Source of the DNA: Aphanocapsa sp. GSE-SYN-MK-11-07L
GTDB lineage: Bacteria; Cyanobacteriota; Cyanobacteriia; Thermosynechococcales; Thermosynechococcaceae
Assembly (NCBI GenBank): GCA_019359715.1
Contig: JAHHGS010000012.1
Location: 1-19,597, forward strand
DNA: 19,597 nucleotides
Direction: 5' to 3'
The notes under the pieces are model-generated. The model was not told the DNA's origin, ran no database searches, and was given only the letters and a program-made list of their open reading frames with translations. Positions within the stretch are counted from its first letter, which is position 1; the number at the start of each line of letters is the position of its first letter. The translations under genes were made by a program, and so were the position numbers. Of this stretch, positions 16,398 to 19,597 are shown in pieces.

Positions 16398-18389
16398 ATG
16401 ACTCAGTTCAATTTTCTACAGCAGTGTTTTTCGTGGGCTGTCTGGCTGCTAGCACCGGCCCTGATCGTTGGCTCAATTAGTGCCAGCGAACGAACTAAAG
16501 AAATCAACCCACCACCGCCAGCCATTGCCCAGCCTCATCAAGACCAGAATCTCCAGCTAGCCCAATTCCCTAACTTACCGCTGTGGATTTACCCGCTCGG
16601 CGGTGTGGTGTTGATCCTGATCTTTTTACCCAATATCGGCTGGGTGGCAGGATTAATCGTGATTGGAGAACGCGAAGTCGGGGTTGTCACCAAAAAATTC
16701 TCACGCAAAAGCTTGCCCGCCGGCAGATTGCTTGCCCTGAGTGGAGAAGCGGGTTTGCAAGCCGATACCTTGGCCCCCGGTTGGCATTTTGGTTACTTTC
16801 CCTGGCAATACAGCGTTCAGAAAGCCGCCTTAGTCATCATTCCTCAAGATGAAATTGGCTTGATTGTAGCCAACGACGGGGCGGCGATTCCCCCCGATCG
16901 CATCTTAGGCAAAGTGGTCAAATGCGAGAATTACCAAAATGCCCGCCAGTTTCTGACCAACGGAGGTGAAAAAGGACGGCAGTTAGCCGTGCTAACCACA
17001 GGCACCTATCAGATCAACACCGCCCTGTTTACAGTGATTACATCAGGCAATGCCGCCACCAATGGCATGCAGGCAGAACAACTGGGAGTCCACGCAGTCC
17101 AGCCAGATCGAGTTGGGATTGTTACTACCCTGGATGGCATTTCAATTGAAGAAGGCGAAATTGCCGGCCCAGTGATTTCCGGTCACGAGAACTTTCAAAA
17201 CACTCAAATCTTCATCAACGGAGGCGGACGCAGAGGCTTGCAGGAACAAGTGGTTCTCTCAGGCTCTTGGAACCTGAATCCTTGGTTTGTCAAGCTGGAG
17301 CAGGTGCCAATGACGGAGGTAACGATCGGCTATGTTGGGGTCGTGATTTCCTATGTGGGGGCATCCCATCAGGACGTGAGTGGAGCTTCCTTCACCCACG
17401 GCAACCTAGTCAATAAGGGAGACAAGGGGGTCTGGATTGAGCCGCTCCATGCCGGCAAACATCCCCTCAATACCAAAATCATGAAGGTGGAACTGGTTCC
17501 CACCACCAATATCGTGATCAACTTCACGACTCGGTTTAAAGGCGATCATGGCTATGATTCCTCCCTGGTAGCGCTGAAATTGCTCTCGATTGATGGCTTC
17601 AGCTTTGAACTGGAGGTGTTCCAAGTTATTCATGTCGGCGCAATGGATGCCCCGAAGGTGATTTCCCGCTTGGGTTCAATGCAAAATCTGGTCGATCAGG
17701 TACTGCGACCGATTGTGGGCAATTATTTCCGCAATTCAGCCCAGGAGTATACCATTCTCGATTTTCTGATTGCCCGCAGCGAGCGGCAGGCAGAAGCAGC
17801 AGAATACGTTCGCCAGGCGTTGCGGGCTTACGATGTCCAGGCAGTGGATACCCTGATTGGCTTGATTACACCACCGCCGGAGCTGATGCAAACCCTCACC
17901 GATCGCAAAATTGCTGAAGAACAGGAAAAAACCTACGTCACGCAGCGGATTGCCCAAACCCAGCGCCAAGAACTGGTGCGAGAAACCGCCCTAGCTGATA
18001 TTCAGCAGGCAGTGGTGACAGCCGAAGAAGGTGTCAAGATCGCCAAGCTGCAAGCCGCAGCCACGATTGAGCAAGCCAATGGGGAAGCCGAGTCGATTCG
18101 CTTAACCGGCGATGCCAAAGCTGATGCCTATCACGCCGGGGTGAGTGCCTTGGGGTCTCAGGCTTACACCTCCTTGCAATTAATGCAGGTAATTGGCGAT
18201 CGGCAAGTCCGCGTCGTGCCCGATTTTCTAGTTAATGGCAGCAATGGGGCTGGCTTACTCGATGCCATGCTCGGCATGTCGCTGTGGAATCAAGCCCCAA
18301 CCGTTCAGGAACAGAGCCGCCAGGAAAATAACAGCCGCCAATCGGCGCTAGTCAAAAACCAACGGATAGATGAACAGAAACCTGTCTAA
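16398..18389 (+). CDS. SPFH/band-7 family, flotillin-like membrane protein with an extended N-terminus and an inserted Gly-rich middle region
   Basis: Two N-terminal hydrophobic segments. 'GLIVIGEREVGVVTKKF' is an SPFH-type start. The C-terminus is a Glu/Ala/Gln-rich coiled coil ending 'QLMQVIGDRQVRVVPDFLVNGSNGAG', which resembles the FloT/YqiK C-terminus. Confidence 0.6.
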   Translation: MTQFNFLQQCFSWAVWLLAPALIVGSISASERTKEINPPPPAIAQPHQDQNLQLAQFPNLPLWIYPLGGVVLILIFLPNIGWVAGLIVIGEREVGVVTKKFSRKSLPAGRLLALSGEAGLQADTLAPGWHFGYFPWQYSVQKAALVIIPQDEIGLIVANDGAAIPPDRILGKVVKCENYQNARQFLTNGGEKGRQLAVLTTGTYQINTALFTVITSGNAATNGMQAEQLGVHAVQPDRVGIVTTLDGISIEEGEIAGPVISGHENFQNTQIFINGGGRRGLQEQVVLSGSWNLNPWFVKLEQVPMTEVTIGYVGVVISYVGASHQDVSGASFTHGNLVNKGDKGVWIEPLHAGKHPLNTKIMKVELVPTTNIVINFTTRFKGDHGYDSSLVALKLLSIDGFSFELEVFQVIHVGAMDAPKVISRLGSMQNLVDQVLRPIVGNYFRNSAQEYTILDFLIARSERQAEAAEYVRQALRAYDVQAVDTLIGLITPPPELMQTLTDRKIAEEQEKTYVTQRIAQTQRQELVRETALADIQQAVVTAEEGVKIAKLQAAATIEQANGEAESIRLTGDAKADAYHAGVSALGSQAYTSLQLMQVIGDRQVRVVPDFLVNGSNGAGLLDAMLGMSLWNQAPTVQEQSRQENNSRQSALVKNQRIDEQKPV

Positions 18390-18472
18390 ATTTGCCAGCG
18401 CTTGATTGATGAGGCAATTTGATTTTTCCTGATCTTCACTCATATCTACAACCCAATCCCCAGGAGACTTGC

Positions 18473-19480
18473 ATGGATGAATGGATTGATGCATACGATG
18501 GTTTTAAGCAAAGATGGCTGGATGAAATTATCGGCCCGGTTGACCAAACAGCAGTCACCGCCACCCTCTCAGCCCTCTATCAGAAGGCAGGCTATGCTGC
18601 CCCCGAAGTTGTCTTTTTAGATAGTCCCTGGGCAACAGCGATCGCTCCCTGTGCTGTGTTCCAGCAACCGGCCGCCGACCTGGAAACCCAGGTTCGCACC
18701 GCCCTGCTGAATCTGCGGCAGGAGCTGAACAATCAGCTTTTTGGACAACTCTGGCCGCAGTGTGATAACTGCAAGGCTTGCCAGTTCATGCTGCATTTTT
18801 TGTCTTTTGCCTTTATGACAACAGTCGAAAGATATCCAGGCTGGAGAGGGGAAGCAGGCTGGTTAACGGTATTGTCACAATACGAGGAATGGCAGAGCCG
18901 TGCCGATTCCAATTGTTATGCTTTTGCGACTGACGTTCCTGTTGGGCTAGTGGCCTTGGAAGATTTTAGCTATCCCTGGGTCAGTTTTTATCGCTATTAC
19001 GCAGACTGGAATTGGCTAGAGACCCATCCTAGGATTGAACAAATTTACAAGCAGCTTGGCGATCGCCTGTTTGAGCAGTTCTGTTTTCAGATTCATCCCT
19101 ATCATCAGCAAGATATAGAGGTCGTCAAGCCAATCTGGTATGAACCGACGGTCAATGCTGTGTTCTACGAATACGCCGCAGAGTTTGGCATTGAGATTGA
19201 CCCTGAACTGCTTGAGCTTTTCCACTGCTCGCCGCTCTACGATGTTGTATTCAATCCGTTTCCAGACCTTTGTTTTGTCAGCGATCGCCCCCAAATCAAG
19301 CGCGATCACCTAGAAAGACTGCATGCTGAAGCTGAACCAGCGATTCAGTTTGCAGATGGATCAGGTGAATATTTCCATCATGGTAAGCGTTTACCTCCGA
19401 CCTACGGAGCAATACCTCGCAGTCAGTGGCGGGCTGAATGGGTCGTGCAGGAGCCGAATTCTCATCTCAGAGGTGCTTAA
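18473..19480 (+). CDS. Hypothetical protein, 335 aa, with Cys cluster C-x2-C-x2-C; likely co-transcribed with the flotillin-like gene
   Basis: An ATG at 18473 is preceded by AGGAG with a 6-nt spacer (the tracked ORF begins at an upstream TTG). 'WPQCDNCKACQF' is a possible metal-binding motif. No family recognised. Confidence 0.55.
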   Translation: MDEWIDAYDGFKQRWLDEIIGPVDQTAVTATLSALYQKAGYAAPEVVFLDSPWATAIAPCAVFQQPAADLETQVRTALLNLRQELNNQLFGQLWPQCDNCKACQFMLHFLSFAFMTTVERYPGWRGEAGWLTVLSQYEEWQSRADSNCYAFATDVPVGLVALEDFSYPWVSFYRYYADWNWLETHPRIEQIYKQLGDRLFEQFCFQIHPYHQQDIEVVKPIWYEPTVNAVFYEYAAEFGIEIDPELLELFHCSPLYDVVFNPFPDLCFVSDRPQIKRDHLERLHAEAEPAIQFADGSGEYFHHGKRLPPTYGAIPRSQWRAEWVVQEPNSHLRGA

Positions 19481-19597
19481 AGACACTAACCTCGGCAGCC
19501 CAAAGACACTAACTTCGGCGGCCTAAAGACACTAACTTCGGCACCCAAATGACAGCAACCTCGGCGGGTCATTTTTGAGAAACTTCGGCAGGTAATA
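19479..19597. repeat. Tandem repeat with units of 22-24 bp, AAAGACACTAACYTCGGCRSCCY, at least 4-5 units, truncated by the window end
   Basis: The units are aaagacactaacctcggcagccc, aaagacactaacttcggcggcct, aaagacactaacttcggcaccc, aaatgacagcaacctcggcgggtc and atttttgagaaacttcggcaggtaata. The array starts at the stop codon of the preceding gene. Confidence 0.7.

Noticed and set aside
19479-19597. Possibility that the terminal tandem repeat is a CRISPR array
   Set aside because: The ~23-bp units are contiguous with no spacers.

Overview
The window reads as a cyanobacterial chromosomal segment. The HIP1 octamer GCGATCGC is very frequent in the GC-rich housekeeping genes, and a non-cleavable-type LexA is present. 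Core genes recognised: folP, tRNA-Gln(UUG), a holA-argF-lexA minus-strand cluster, a split UPF0182 membrane protein, DUF4330-like and DUF2164-like proteins, a cupin plus hypothetical pair, an HTH-NACHT STAND NTPase, a flotillin/SPFH-like protein and an uncharacterised 335-aa protein. Three segments are visibly AT-richer and nearly HIP1-free, and so look acquired. (i) 1-2600 carries an HxlR regulator divergent from a DoxX-like/Zn-ADH operon, bracketed by a 28-bp repeat family. (ii) About 3650-5840 is a roughly 2.2-kb islet inserted at the 3' end of tRNA-Gln, bounded by a 12-bp direct repeat. It carries an XRE-HTH gene plus a translationally coupled pair: a protein with a C-terminal J-domain (HPD motif) and a protein with a C-terminal HNH-like nuclease domain. 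This is my best candidate for an undescribed system. (iii) 15870-16400 contains a duplicated promoter and N-terminal fragment of the flotillin-like gene. Other structure: a 7-unit ~41-bp degenerate tandem array upstream of folP, and a ~23-bp tandem repeat running off the 3' end of the window. All calls come from reading the translations and the DNA by eye. No database searches were run.
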